A stretch of 39,887 nt of DNA from an uncultured Myxococcales bacterium (GCA_903923815.1 CAIXZC010000007.1:1-39887); one strand, 5' to 3'. Positions 1 to 12,300 are shown, counted from the stretch's first letter. The notes: a model not told the origin generated them from the sequence alone. Program-made: numbers and translations.

Positions 1-4
1 GGAC

Positions 5-274
5 GGCGCGCCCCCCCAGAATGGACATGATGGACATGATGGACGCCATGGACCCCATGGACTGGAAGACGACCGAGCCGGGGGGGCGCGCCATGGACAA
101 TGGACAAAGGCAACCCCAGCCGGCTCGGCCGTTTGTCCTTTGTCCATGGCAGCAACGCGCCGCTTTGCGGCGCGTTGCTGCCGGTCCATTGTCTTGGCGC
201 GCCCCATCCCGTCCATCGTGTCCATGATGTCCATGATGTCCATTGTCCATCCTGTCCATTGCCCCTGGCGCGCC
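5..274. repeat. Composite palindromic repeat element (ATGGAC/GTCCAT arrays, GGCGCGCC palindromes, internal hairpins); REP/BIME- or MITE-like
   Basis: ATGGAC at 21, 30, 39, 48, 57, 93, 100. Its reverse complement GTCCAT at 142, 184, 211, 220, 229, 238, 245, 254. GGCGCGCC at 5, 85, 196, 267. Perfect 16-bp stem 148-163/167-182. Confidence 0.75.
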
Positions 275-345
275 TGCTCCAGCGGTAGCGTGGGTCGCTT
301 GTGCACGCGTCCCACCTTTGCGCATGCATCCCCCCTCCAACATTT

Positions 346-373
346 TTGACGCCCCCCAACACACGCTTAGTAT
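346..373 (+). promoter_or_regulatory. Putative sigma70 promoter for ftsEX
   Basis: TTGACG (346-351), 16-nt spacer, TAGTAT (368-373). GGAGG SD precedes ATG 392. Confidence 0.4.
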
Positions 374-391
374 GGTCCCCCGGGAGGTTCC

Positions 392-1061
<670 letters not shown>

Positions 1062-1075
<14 letters not shown>

Positions 1076-1973
1076 GCGCCTCTTCTACTTCCTTCGCCGG
1101 GGCCTCGCCAACCTGGTGGCCTCACCCCTGCTGGCCGTCATCACCGTCATGACCGTGGCCATGTCCCTGGTCCTGGTGGGCTTCATGGTCTTCGTCCTGT
1201 TGCGCGCTGACAGCGTCCTGGAGGAGGCCGGCGGCGGCTTCAAGATGACCGTCTACATGGACCCCACCCTGACCGTTCAGGAGTGCGAAGAGCTTGCCCG
1301 CGTCGTGCGCGAGCAGTTCCCCGAGGTGGACAGCGCCAGGGTCTTCTCGGCCCGGGACGACCTGGAGCGCAACCGCGCCCTGTTGCCCCCCGAGATCCTT
1401 GAAGGCCTGGAGGAGGACCTCATCCCCGCCCAGCCCTACCTGGAGGTCACCACCGACATCCGGCGCCTCAAACCCGAGCGCCTGGAGAACATGGTCGTCT
1501 GGTTCCGCTCCCTCAAACAGGTGGAGGGCGTGGACGAGATCCTGCTGGGCTCGGAGAAGCTTCGAGTGGCCTTCAGCCTCCTGGACTCCTTCCGCTACAC
1601 GGCGGTCTTCGTGGCCCTGGTGGTCACCCTCTCGGCCCTCTTCTTCATCTTCGCCACCATCCGCCTGTCGGCCCACGCCCGCCGGGAGGAGATGGACATC
1701 ATGCTGCTCATGGGCGCCTCCCGGGACTTCGTGCGCCTGCCCTTCTACATCGAGGGCGCCCTGGAGGGCGTCCTTGGCGGGGTCATCGGCTGGCTCATGG
1801 TGGCCGCCATGGAGCACCGCATGATCACCCGCCTGCGCACCGAGAACCTGCTGAACATCGACGGCACCATCATGCCGGGGCAGATCTGGGTGCTGTTCCT
1901 GCTGGGCGGCCTGCTGCTAGGCGTCCTCGGGGCCGCCATGGGGGTCGGCAAGTACCTCCGGCTCCAGTCATGA
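1062..1973 (+). CDS. ftsX: Cell division permease FtsX
   Basis: Start taken at ATG 1062 (MQLIERLFYF). Four-TM layout with a large loop after TM1. Motifs TIRLSAHARREEMDIMLLMGAS and VRLPFYIEG. Confidence 0.9.
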
Positions 1974-3082
1974 AGACGCTGCTGTTACTGGTGCTCATGC
2001 TCTGCTCCCAGGGCGAGCCCGCGCCCCCCCCGGTCCCCCCCCCTCACAGCCTGGGTGACGGCCAGTCCCTCCTGCTGATGGAGGTGATGGACATGCTGGC
2101 CGCGGAGGTCAAGCGCCTGGAGGAGGAGCGGCTGCGGCTGACCTCATCCCACGCCAAGGTCCAGGCCCGGCTGGCGGACATGGACTCCCACATCGAGGGG
2201 CTGGACCGCAAGGTGGCCGAGCAGCGGGACAAGGTGCGCAAGCTGATCCGCGCCGCCGTCCGCATGCGCGAGCCCTCCGAGTTGAACCTGCTGCTGTCTG
2301 CGGGCCGCTACCAGTCCTCCATGGTGTACCAGCGGGCCATCCGCAAGCTGCTGTCCCGGGTCCAGCACCGCATCGAGACCGTGGCCATCCAGAAGAAGCG
2401 CTGGGAGAACGCCAAGGCCAAGGCCGTGCGGGAAGCCCAGATCCTTCGCCAGGACGAGACCGAGGCGGCCCTGCGCCTGGCCGAGACCGAGAAGGCCCTG
2501 GAGAAGAAGAAGCGGCGCCTCAAGGAGCGCCAGGACAGCATAGCCGCGGTGTCCACGCTGTTCATGCTGGGCACGCTGGACGACGCCACCGGGCTGACGC
2601 CTCTTGCGCCCCCGGCCCCCGCCGGCGGCAGCGAGTTCGCCGAGCTGAAGAACCGCCGCCAGCTCAAGCTGCCCATCAGCCCCGGTCGCATCGCCAAGCA
2701 GTACGACCGCGCCCCCTCGGACGAACTGGGCACCGAGAAGATGGCCCGGGGGTGGATCATCACTCCCTACGTGGAAAAGGGGCGGCCCGTTCCCGACAAG
2801 GCCGCCATTCGGGCGGTTTTTGACGGGGTGGCGGTGTGGCAAGGAGAGATCCCTGGGTTTGGCATGACCCTGGTCCTCAAGCACGGCCCAATTCACCACA
2901 GTGTTTATGCAAATCTCTACAAGCTCTACATCGCCAAGGGCGCCCAGGTAAAGGCCGCCGACGAGATCGGCATGGTCAAGAGCCTGCGCAAGGGCAGCCC
3001 CCCTTACCTGTACTTCGAGGTCCGCGAGGATCGGGCCGCCGTGGACCCCAAGGGCTGGTTCCGGCTCCGCCCCATGAAGTAA
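1970..3082 (+). CDS. EnvC-like murein hydrolase activator (coiled coil + degenerate M23/LytM domain)
   Basis: Signal peptide, then coiled coil, then LytM-like C-terminus (IRAVFDG, GFGMTLVLKHG, SVYANL, YLYFEVR, AVDP..W). The HxxxD/HxH zinc ligands are absent. ATGA overlap with ftsX. Confidence 0.75.
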   Translation: MKTLLLLVLMLCSQGEPAPPPVPPPHSLGDGQSLLLMEVMDMLAAEVKRLEEERLRLTSSHAKVQARLADMDSHIEGLDRKVAEQRDKVRKLIRAAVRMREPSELNLLLSAGRYQSSMVYQRAIRKLLSRVQHRIETVAIQKKRWENAKAKAVREAQILRQDETEAALRLAETEKALEKKKRRLKERQDSIAAVSTLFMLGTLDDATGLTPLAPPAPAGGSEFAELKNRRQLKLPISPGRIAKQYDRAPSDELGTEKMARGWIITPYVEKGRPVPDKAAIRAVFDGVAVWQGEIPGFGMTLVLKHGPIHHSVYANLYKLYIAKGAQVKAADEIGMVKSLRKGSPPYLYFEVREDRAAVDPKGWFRLRPMK

Positions 3083-3107
3083 TCGTCCGACCCCCCCTCG
3101 CATAATT

Positions 3108-3136
3108 TTGACAGACGCCCAAGGCCATAGGATTAT
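3108..3136 (+). promoter_or_regulatory. Putative sigma70 promoter for pilMNOPQ
   Basis: Perfect TTGACA (3108-3113), 17-nt spacer, GATTAT (3131-3136). Confidence 0.45.
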
Positions 3137-3209
3137 TGCCCGCGAGAATGGGCAGGATTGTCGCAGCCAGGGACCACCCTTCTCTTGGCTTCGTTCCGGA
3201 GGGACTGAC

Positions 3210-4268
3210 GTGCTGGGAAACAAGAATCTGGTAGGTGTGGACATTGGCTCCCACTCCATCAAGATCTGTCTCCTGCGGGAAACGGCCAAGGGCCTGCATC
3301 TGCAGCGCTTCGACTTTGCGCCCCTGCCGCCGGAGGCCATGGTCGATGGGGCTGTGATGAACTTTGGCGCCGTGGTGGACCGCCTCAAGGACCTGGTCCA
3401 GGCCAACAAGCTGGGCGGCCACAAGGCGGCCCTGTCCGTGTCGGGGCACTCGGTGATCATCAAGAAGATCTCCCTGCCCGAGATGACCGACGAAGAGCTG
3501 GCCTCCTCCATCATGTGGGAGGCGGAGCAGTACATCCCCTTCGACATCAAGGAAGTGCACGTGGACGTACAGGTGCTGGACCCCAAGGCGGGCCAGGGCC
3601 AGATGGACGTGTTGCTGGTGGCCGCCAAGAAGGAGGTCATCAACGACCACGTCTCCATCGCCATGGAGGCGGGCCTCAACCCCGTCATCATGGACGTGGA
3701 TACCTTCGCCGTGCAGAACGTCTTCGAGCTGAACTATGGCTTCCCCCCCGCCGAAACCGTGGGCCTCATCAACATCGGCGCGTCCATGATCAACATCGAC
3801 GTGGTCAGCAACGGCATCCTCCAGTTCACCAGGGACATCTCCATGGGTGGCAACCTGCTGACCGAGGAGATCCAGCGCGAGCTTGGCGTGGGCTTCGAGG
3901 AGGCCGAACACTACAAGACGGGCGTGGGTGAGAGCGTCTCCTCCTCTGCCATCTTCCGCGAGGTCCAGCGCCTGGCCGAGCGCGTCTCCCACACCCTGGT
4001 CACGGAGATCCAGCGCTCCATCGAGTTCTTCAAGGCCACGTCCCTCTCCGGGGACTTGAGCCGCGTCTATCTGTCCGGCGGCTCCTGCCAGATTCCCGCC
4101 ATCATCAAGACCCTGGAGCAGCGCCTGGAGGTCAGCGTCGAGCTGATCAACCCCTTCAAGAACATCGTCATCGATACCAAGCGTTTTGACATCGCCATGC
4201 TGCAGCGGCTGGCCCCCTCCGCCGGGGTCTCCGTGGGTCTGGCCCTCAGAAGGAGGGGCGACAGATGA
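3210..4268 (+). CDS. pilM: Type IVa pilus assembly protein PilM
   Basis: GTG 3210 follows a GGAGG SD. FtsA/actin-like motifs VGVDIGSHSIK, EAEQYIPFDI, VLLVAAKKE, INIGAS, YLSGG, VGLALR. Confidence 0.93.
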   Translation: MLGNKNLVGVDIGSHSIKICLLRETAKGLHLQRFDFAPLPPEAMVDGAVMNFGAVVDRLKDLVQANKLGGHKAALSVSGHSVIIKKISLPEMTDEELASSIMWEAEQYIPFDIKEVHVDVQVLDPKAGQGQMDVLLVAAKKEVINDHVSIAMEAGLNPVIMDVDTFAVQNVFELNYGFPPAETVGLINIGASMINIDVVSNGILQFTRDISMGGNLLTEEIQRELGVGFEEAEHYKTGVGESVSSSAIFREVQRLAERVSHTLVTEIQRSIEFFKATSLSGDLSRVYLSGGSCQIPAIIKTLEQRLEVSVELINPFKNIVIDTKRFDIAMLQRLAPSAGVSVGLALRRRGDR

Positions 4269-4966
4269 TTCGCATAAACCTCCTCCACGGCGACAAGAAG
4301 AAGGCCAAGAAAGTAGCCGGGTCGAACAGCTCCCTTGGGGCCATGATCGTGCGGGTGCTGGTGCTGGAGATCATGGGCCTCTACTACTGGGGCCAGGTCA
4401 AGTCCTCCGCCCTGGAGGAGCAGCAGAAGATCCTCACCCAGGCCGAAAAAGAACTCAAGGAGACCGCCGAGCTCAAGAAGCAGCAGGAAGAGCTGCAGCT
4501 CAAGATCGACGAGCAGGAGACCCAGAATCAGATCTTCGAGACCCTGAAGAACGGCCGCGTGGGTGGCGCCAACCTGTTGCTGTATATGTCCTACATGCTG
4601 ACCAAACCCTCCCTGGAAAGCCGTGATGAGCGCGTGGTCCAGGAGCAGCTTGGCTGGACCACTGGCTGGGACACCGAGCGGGCCTGGTTCAACGGCATCA
4701 AGAACTCGGGCAGGGGCAGCATCGTCATCTCCGGTGAAGCCCTCACCCACAAGGACACGGATGAGGTCCTGAAGCGCCTGCGGGCCTGCATCTACCTGCA
4801 GAACCTGCGGCTGGTGGTGTCCGTCAAGAAGATCAACCGCGAGGAGTCCCCCGAGACCATCGCCTTCCGCTTTGAGGCCGTCCTCAACTACGACCCCAAT
4901 GTCGGCAAGGATCCCGAGGCCGAGGGCGACGGGGCCAGCAGCAAAGCCCCCACGGGGAGAGGTTAG
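4265..4966 (+). CDS. pilN: Type IVa pilus assembly protein PilN
   Basis: N-terminal MIRINLL PilM-binding motif, single TM, coiled coil. ATGA overlap with pilM. Confidence 0.85.
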   Translation: MIRINLLHGDKKKAKKVAGSNSSLGAMIVRVLVLEIMGLYYWGQVKSSALEEQQKILTQAEKELKETAELKKQQEELQLKIDEQETQNQIFETLKNGRVGGANLLLYMSYMLTKPSLESRDERVVQEQLGWTTGWDTERAWFNGIKNSGRGSIVISGEALTHKDTDEVLKRLRACIYLQNLRLVVSVKKINREESPETIAFRFEAVLNYDPNVGKDPEAEGDGASSKAPTGRG

Positions 4967-4968
4967 CC

Positions 4969-5616
4969 ATGGATAAGTTCAAGGCGCTCAAACCCGAACA
5001 GAAGCTCATTGTGGCGCTCCTCACGCTGGGCCTGCTGGCGGGCCTCTACTACGTCGCCGTCATCATGGACACGGACACCGAGCTGGCCACCGTCATCAAC
5101 GACATCTCCCGCAAGACCGCCGAGCGGGCCAAGTTCAAGGACTTCAAGGGTGCCTCCGAGGTCGAGGCCCTGAAGAACCGCTACGCCCTGGTCATGGCCC
5201 AGATTGAAGAGAACAAGAAGATCCTGCCCACCGAGGACCTGCTGGCCGAGTTCATCCACGGCCTGGAGAGCGACGCCGAGGACGCCGGGGTGCAGATCAT
5301 CTCCTACGAACCGGAGAACAAGGTCACCAAGGATTACTACGAAGAGATTCCCGTCCAGATGGAGATCCGGGGCACCTTCGTGGAGGTCGTGCGCTTCTTG
5401 AAGCTCATGGCCCTCCCGGGCAAGCGCCTTACGAATGTGGCCTCCATTGAGCTGTCCGTGGAGGAGAACAAGAAGAACCGTGAGGAGAGGCAGCGGCTGT
5501 TCCTGTTGGGTGCCGCGTCTCCCGAGCAGGAGACCATCCTGATCGCCAAATTTGTCACCACGGCCTTCACCTACACGGGCCTGGTCTCGGATCCGAAGAA
5601 AAAGAGGATGGAGTGA
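4969..5616 (+). CDS. pilO: Type IVa pilus assembly protein PilO
   Basis: N-terminal TM, KILPTE, DYYEEIPVQMEIRGTFVEVVRFL. Lies between pilN and pilP. Confidence 0.88.
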   Translation: MDKFKALKPEQKLIVALLTLGLLAGLYYVAVIMDTDTELATVINDISRKTAERAKFKDFKGASEVEALKNRYALVMAQIEENKKILPTEDLLAEFIHGLESDAEDAGVQIISYEPENKVTKDYYEEIPVQMEIRGTFVEVVRFLKLMALPGKRLTNVASIELSVEENKKNREERQRLFLLGAASPEQETILIAKFVTTAFTYTGLVSDPKKKRME

Positions 5617-5632
5617 GAGGAGGTAGCTCAAG

Positions 5633-6355
5633 GTGACGCCAAAACTCAGACGGGCCCTCCTGGTGCTTCTTCCCCTCGCACTCCTGGCGGGTTGCGGAGG
5701 CGAGGAGGCCAAGCCCATGACCATGGACCAGGCCCAGGGCACCCCTGCTGCCGCTGCCCCCGCCACCAAAAAGGGCGAGAACAAGCGCAAGGGTGATGGG
5801 GACTTCAAGGCCAACCCAGCCTGGGATAGGATCGCTCCACATTTCTTCGTGTTCGTTGGCACGCTTGACCGCGAACTCCACACGCGCAGCATGGAATGGA
5901 AGGCCCGGGATGCCTTCAAGAACAACTACGAGATCTTCTTCCCCCCCGAGCCCCCCAAGCCCACGGCCGCGGCGGAGAACAAGACCGACAAGCCGGAGGA
6001 GAAGAAGGGCCTGGTGATGGGCTTCTTCGACGCCATGAAGAAGGCCGGCGAGAAGCCCATGGAGCTTGAGTTGGAGGCCCGCAAGGCCAGCGAGGATCCC
6101 CTGGTGAAGAGGCCCCTGAAGGACTACCGCTTCCAGATCATCATGTCTGGGGTGGCCAACCCCGAGGCCCTGGTGGTGGACTCGGCAGGAATTACGCACA
6201 TGCTGCATGTGAACGACCGGATCGGTTCCGAAGGTGGCTTCGTCCAGGACATCCTCAAGAATGAGGTCCTGGTGAAGTTGCCTGAGGCGGAGGCGCCCGA
6301 GGTCATCTCGTTGGCACCCCCGGAAATGCCCGCTCAGCTGCGGTCTGCGCAATGA
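5633..6355 (+). CDS. pilP: PilP-like lipoprotein
   Basis: GTG start after GAGGAGG, lipobox LAGC, RDAF motif. C-terminal beta domain (DPLVKRPLKDYRF, ALVVDSAG, VNDRIGSEGGFV). Position between pilO and pilQ. Confidence 0.8.
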   Translation: MTPKLRRALLVLLPLALLAGCGGEEAKPMTMDQAQGTPAAAAPATKKGENKRKGDGDFKANPAWDRIAPHFFVFVGTLDRELHTRSMEWKARDAFKNNYEIFFPPEPPKPTAAAENKTDKPEEKKGLVMGFFDAMKKAGEKPMELELEARKASEDPLVKRPLKDYRFQIIMSGVANPEALVVDSAGITHMLHVNDRIGSEGGFVQDILKNEVLVKLPEAEAPEVISLAPPEMPAQLRSAQ

Positions 6356-6371
6356 GCGCTGGAGGAGAACC

Positions 6372-9300
6372 ATGAAAACGGTTCAATTTGCGATTCTGGC
6401 CATGTTGTTGCTTCCCCTGGCCCTGCAGGCGGCGCCGGACAACCGGCTCAAGGGCATCAGCGTGGAGGAGAACACCGAGGGCACCCTCATCACCATCGAG
6501 GGTTCGGGCACTCCCACCTTCAGCGCCTTCCGGCTGCAGGATCCCCCCAGGCTCCTGGTGGACATCGCCGGGGCTGAGGTGACGGGCCGGCAGGGCACCG
6601 TGGAGGTGTACAACGGGGTGGTGGCCCAGGTGGGCACCATCGCCTTCGGCAGCGGCGACAAGAAGACCGTTCGCGTCATCGTGACCTTCGAGAAGGATTC
6701 CCCCTACGACGTGCGCGCCGTGGGTCAACGGTTGCTGATTCTGGTGGATGGTGAGGGGCGCCGGGGAGCCGGTGGCGATACCCAGGTGGCCCAGCGCGAG
6801 AAGGAACACCTGGACAAGGCCATCTCCCGGGAGAAGACCCTGCTGGCCCAGCTTCAGACCGCCCGCGAAAAGGAAGAGACCCTGCGGGGCGAGGCCCAGA
6901 AGGCCCTCACCGAAGAGAAGAAGCTGCTGGACAAGGTGGCCGAAGAGAAGAAGCGCCTGGAAGAACTGCAGATGCAGGCGCGCCTGTCCCTGGCCAAGGA
7001 GCAGGAGCTGACCGAGCTGGCGAAGAACGCCACGGCCATGGCCGAGGAGCAGCGTGTCGCGGCGGCCCGGGCGGCGGAGTTGGAGCAGCAGAAGGTTGTG
7101 GCCCTCCAGGCCAAGCGCGTGAAGATTGAGGCCCTGAAGGCCGCCCTGGACAAGGAGCGGCTGGCGGCGGAAGAGGCCCGCGTGGCCCAGGAGAAGGCGG
7201 AAGAGTTGGCCCGCGCCCGGCGCCAGGCCATGGAGCAGGAGGCCAGCAAGGCCGAGGAGCTGCGCCAGGCCTCGGAGGAGGCCCTGCGGGAGCAGCAGAA
7301 GAAGCTGGAGATCGCCCGGCGCGAGGCGCTGCTGGCGTCCAATGAACAGGACGCGGCGGCCAAGTTGCGGGCCGAAGAGGAGCGTCAGCTCAAGCTGCTG
7401 GCCGAGGCGCGCAAGCAGCAGGAGGCCTTGCTGCAGCAGGCCACGGCGGCCCGGGAGGCTCAGGAGGCCACGGCTGCCAAGCTGCAGGACGAGAACCGCA
7501 AGATCGCCGAGCTCAACGAGCGCGTGAAGAGTGACTCCCAGCAGGTCGAGGCCAAAAAGCTTCGGGCTGAGGCGGAGGCCCGCAAGGCCACCCTGGAGAA
7601 GGAACAGCGCGAGCGGGAGGCCGAGGTGGCCCGGCTTGAGCGTCAGAAGGAAGAGGCGGCGGCCCGCGCCATCGAACAGGAAGCGGCGGCGGAGACGGCC
7701 CGGCTGGATGCCACCCGTACGGCGTCTGAGCGGGAGCAGGAACTGCAGGCCCAGGCCCTGGAGAAGCGGCGCAACGAAGAGGCCCTTGCGGCGGCCCAGC
7801 AAAGGCAGCTTGCGGCCACCGAGGCCAAGCTGGCGGCGGCCCGGGAGGCCCTGTCCAGCGAAGAGGCTCGGCGCAAGGTGCTGGCCGAGGCGGTGGAGCT
7901 TGACGCCAAGCGCGCTGAGGCGGCGGAGTCTGTGGCCAGGCTGCGGGCCGAGCACGACCACGCCATGGCCGAGAAAGAGCGCATCGAGCGCGAGGTCACC
8001 GAGACCAGGATCCAGTTGGACACCCTCAAGAAGGAGAAGTCCGAGCTGGAGGCCATGGTGGCCCAGCGCAAGTCCGAGGAGGCCAACCTCCAGACCATCC
8101 AGACGGACCGGAACAAGCTGGAGGAGGAGCGCTCCAAGCTGGAAGACGAGCGGGCCATGCTGGCCTTCCAGATCGACGAGAGCCGCATGAAGCTGGGCGA
8201 GTTTGACAAGGCCCGGGAAGCCAAGCGTCAGGAACTGAGCCGCATCGACGAGCGGATGAACCTGTCCTCCAAGGCCATCGACGAGGTCAATGCCCAGTTG
8301 GTGCTGGAGCAGGAGAACCTGCGGCGCATGGTGGATCAGCGCAAGGAAGAGGAGAAGCGGCTGGAGACCCTGCGGGAGAACATCCGGCAGCTTCAGGCCA
8401 ACAAGACCGCCTCGGACAACGAGACCGTGGGCAAGCTGCAGGGCGAACTGGCCACCAAGGAGCAGGCCCTGGCCGAGCGGGACAAACGTCTGGCCGAGCT
8501 GGAGACCCGCCTGGGCCGCCTGTCCGGGGAGCTGGACAGCACCCGCAAGCAGGCTGGCACCGAGTCCGACGAGACCGCCAAGCTGCGGTCCCGATTGGAA
8601 GAGCGCACCCGCGACTACGAGCGGCTGGACCGGGAGTACCGGGATGCCACGCGCCGTCTGGCCGAGCTGAAGGCCGGCCGGGACGAGGGCATGCGCAAGG
8701 CCGGGGAGCTGGAGACCAGACTGGAGGACAGCGTCCGGCGCATGGACGAGATCAACAAGGAGTACAACGGCCTGCTGGCAGAGCGCGAGCGCTGGGCCGA
8801 CATGAACAAGGCCGAGAAGCAGGAAGTCTCCAGGCTGAAGAAGGACCTGGCCAAGGGCCAGACCGAGTACGCCAAGCTGCTCAAGAGCAGGGAGGCCATG
8901 GAGAAGAAGCTGCTGGTCCTGTCCCGGGATCTGGCCCGCGCCGAAGAGGAGAAGGCCGGCCTGGAGCGTGGGCTGCAGGAGGCACAGCGGCAGTTGGAGG
9001 GCCAGCGGGGCGCCCTGACCGAGGCCCGGAAGCGCAGCGACGAACTGGAGCAGACCAGACAGGCCCGCGGCGAGGATCTGTTGAAGATCCAGGCGGACCT
9101 GGATGCCAGCCGGCAGGCCCTGGCGGGCTACGAGGCTGAGGTGGCCAGGCTGCGGCAGTCCGAGCAGCTTGGAGAAGCAGACAAGGCTCGCCTTGCGGAG
9201 ACCGAGCAGCAGCTGGAGGCCGAGAAGGGCCGCGGGTCCCAGTTGGACACCGAGAAGGACAAGCTGCAGCAGCTCATCGCGGCCCTGGGGGCCCAGCGTG

Positions 9301-12300
9301 AGGCGGAGAAGAACGAAGTGGAGCGGTTGGCGTTCCGGGTCAAGGAGCTGGAGGTCACCGGCAGCCAGGCCGACAAGGCCCTGCAGGACAGCGCCAAGAA
9401 GTTGGGCTCCCTGAAGGAGCGGCTGGACAAGGAACAGGCCCTTCAGGTGGAGCTGGTGGCCAAGATGGAGGCCAGCAAGGCCGAGGCCGCCGAGTGGAAG
9501 AACCGCTACGAGCAGCTGGTCGTGGCCAGCCAGAAGAATGATCAGGAAAAGAAGAACACCGAGGCTGAGGTCACGCGGCTGCGCGCGCACCTGGAGCAGC
9601 AGCGCAACGACCTGGACGCCCTGCGGCAGGTGACGGACCGCAACCGGACCTCCGGGGCGGAGACCACCGCCAGGTTCGAAGAGCTCCAGTCCCAGGTCGC
9701 CAAGGAGCGGGACCGGGCGGAGGCCGAGCGCAAGAATTCCGAGGCCCTCCAGGCCGAGCTGGCCAGCACCCGGGAGACCCAGGCCAAGGCCCAGATCGCC
9801 TGGAAGAACGAGCAGGCCCGCACCCTGGCCGAGTTGGAGACCCTGCGGGCCGCCGGCATGGCCCAGGAGTCCAAGATCAGCGAGCTGAAGGCCCAGTTGG
9901 CCAAGTCAGAAGAGAACCGCAACGGCGCCGAGGCCGAGGCTGAGGCGTTGGCCAAGGCCAAGACCGAGTACGAGCAGAGCCTGAAGGCCCGGGAGCAGGA
10001 AGTGGCCCGCCTGAAAGCGGAGCGCGACCTCGAGGCCCAGGCCGCCAGGGAGGCCCAGGACAACGCCCAGAAGGCCGACCAGGAGGAGCAGAACAACCTC
10101 CAGGCGCGGGAACGGGAGCTGGCCCGGTTGAAGGCCGAGCGCGACGCTGAAGCCAAGAGCGCCAAGGAGGCCCGGGAGAACGGCAAGCTGAGCCGCGAGC
10201 AGGAGACCAAGTACCAGGCCGAGCTGAAGCGCCGGGACCGGGAGCTCTCCCAAATGGAGGCCCAGATCGCCGACCTCAAGGCCAGCCAGGCGGCCCAGGA
10301 CAAGAAGAAGCAGGCCGAACTGGCCTCCCTCAAGAAGGAATATGACCGGACCCTTCAGGACCGGGAGAAGGAGATCGCTCGGCTGAAGGCCGACCGTGAC
10401 GCCGAGAGCGCCAAGGCAGCCAAGGCCCGGGACGGTGGCAAGTTGAACAAAGCCCAGGAGGCCAAGTTCCAACAGGAGCTCAAGCGCCGGGACGAGGAAG
10501 TGGCCAAGGCCGAGGCCGAGGCGGCCGCCCTCAAGGCCAGCTTTGAGGAAGCCAAGGCCCAGGCCCAGGCCGCCAAGGAGGAAGAGCTGGAGGCCGTCAA
10601 GACCGCCAAGGACGGCGAACTGCGGGCCCGAGAGGCCGAGATCGAGGTCCTCAAGGCCAAGCTGCTGGCGCAGAAGGTGGCGGAGCCCAAGTCCGCCGTG
10701 AAGGCCATAGACTTTGACGGCAGCAAGGGCCGCGCGGTGCTGAAGATCTCCGTGGACGGGCAGCCCAACTATCAGGTGGAGGCCCGCTCCGACAAGGACT
10801 ACCTGATGATCTTCGATGGCACCAGCATCCCCGCAGCCCTGCAGCGCACCCTGGACACCCAGGAGTTCGCCAGCCCCGTGGCCTGGGTCAGCAGCTACGA
10901 GGACCCGGGCCGCAAGGGTCGGACTGTGGTCTCCGTGCACCTCAAGGAGCCCGCCTCCAACAGCGTCATCAGCACCAATGGTTCGGTGCAGTGGTCCTTC
11001 AAGGGTGGGTCCGAGGCCGAGGGCACGGCATCCGCCGCGGCCCCCAGCGCCGGCGCCCAGACCGCCGTGGTGGGGCAGGCCAAGGGTGGCCCCCAGACCA
11101 ACGCCGCCGTGGTGACCGCTGGTCTGGCCAACCCCCAGAACCCCTTCGCCGTGGTGAACCCCAACCCCGGAAAGAAGAAGAAGAAGTACAGTGGCAAGCG
11201 CATCAACCTGTCCATCAAGGACGCGGACATCCAGCACGTGCTGGCCTTCCTGTCCCGGGTGGGTGGCGTAAACATCGTGACCAGCGAGGGCGTCCGCGGG
11301 AACGTGTCCTTCTACCTGGAGGACGTGCCCTGGGACCTGGCGCTGGACATGATCCTCAAGAGCTCCGGCATGGACTACGTGGCTGAGGAGGGCATCTATC
11401 GCGTGGCCCCCCAGGCAGAGATCCAGAAGGAGTACGAAGTCGCCCTGGACAAGCAGAAGAAGATCACCGAGCTCAAGCAGCTCCAGGTCAAGCTGATCCC
11501 CGTGAACTACGCCGACGCCGACGAACTGGCCAAGCAGGTCAAGAGCATCCTCAGCGACAAGGGCCAGATCAGCGTGGACAAGCGCACCAACACCCTTATC
11601 GTCAAGGACATCGAGGAGCACGTGGCGGCCCTGGATGATCTGGTGCGTCGCCTGGACGCCCAGACCCCCCAGGTCCTCATCGAGGCCCGCATCGTGGAGG
11701 CCTCCAACGACTTCACCCGTGAGGTGGGTGTCCAGTGGGGCGGCAGCCTCCAGGCCTCCCCCGAGTACGCCAACCAGACGGGCCTCATCTTCCCGTCGTC
11801 GGTGGGTCTGGCCGGTGGTTCTTCGGACCAGTCCTCCACCACCAACGGCCTGTTCCTCAACGGCAACCCCAACTACGCCGTGAACCTGCCCGCCGCCGCC
11901 GGCCAGGGCACCGGTGGTTCTATCGGCCTGAGCCTGGGCAGCGTGGGCGGGGCCGCCAACCTGTACCTGCGCCTCTCCGCCGCCGAGGCCGAGGGCGTCG
12001 TGAAGATCATCTCGGCGCCGCGCATCTCCACCGTGGACAACACCGCGGCCACCATCCAGCAGGGCGTGTCCTTCCCCGTCAGCGTGGTCTCCGCCCAGGG
12101 CGTCAACACTCAGTTCTTCGACGCCAACCTGAAGCTGGACGTGGTGCCCCACGTGACCCAGGACGGCAACATCCAGCTCAAGATCGACATCACCAAGAAC
12201 GAGCCGGACTTCTCCCAGGTGGGCGCCAACGGCAACCCCACCATCCGCAAAAAGGAAGCCCACACCGAGTTGCTGCTCAAGGATGGCGATACCACCGTCA

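Noticed and set aside
21-349. Short ORFs MDMMDMMD... and overlapping frames
   Set aside because: They are translations of the ATGGAC/GTCCAT repeat element, with no SD or coding signal.
1970-3082. Active M23 endopeptidase
   Set aside because: The zinc-ligand motifs are missing (YANL and YLYFE in place of His-containing motifs), which fits a non-catalytic EnvC-like activator.
6790-10680. Separate SMC-like or tape-measure gene fused to pilQ by a sequencing error
   Set aside because: The tract has no ATPase motifs and is flanked on both sides by PilQ-type AMIN-like domains in a single frame with one signal peptide. Read-level confirmation is still advisable.
6303-12263. Long minus-strand ORFs (1095 and 785 aa) opposite pilQ, and similar shadows at 14285-16417, 19367-21751 and 24064-25992
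   Set aside because: All are antisense to well-supported genes and have no recognisable motifs.
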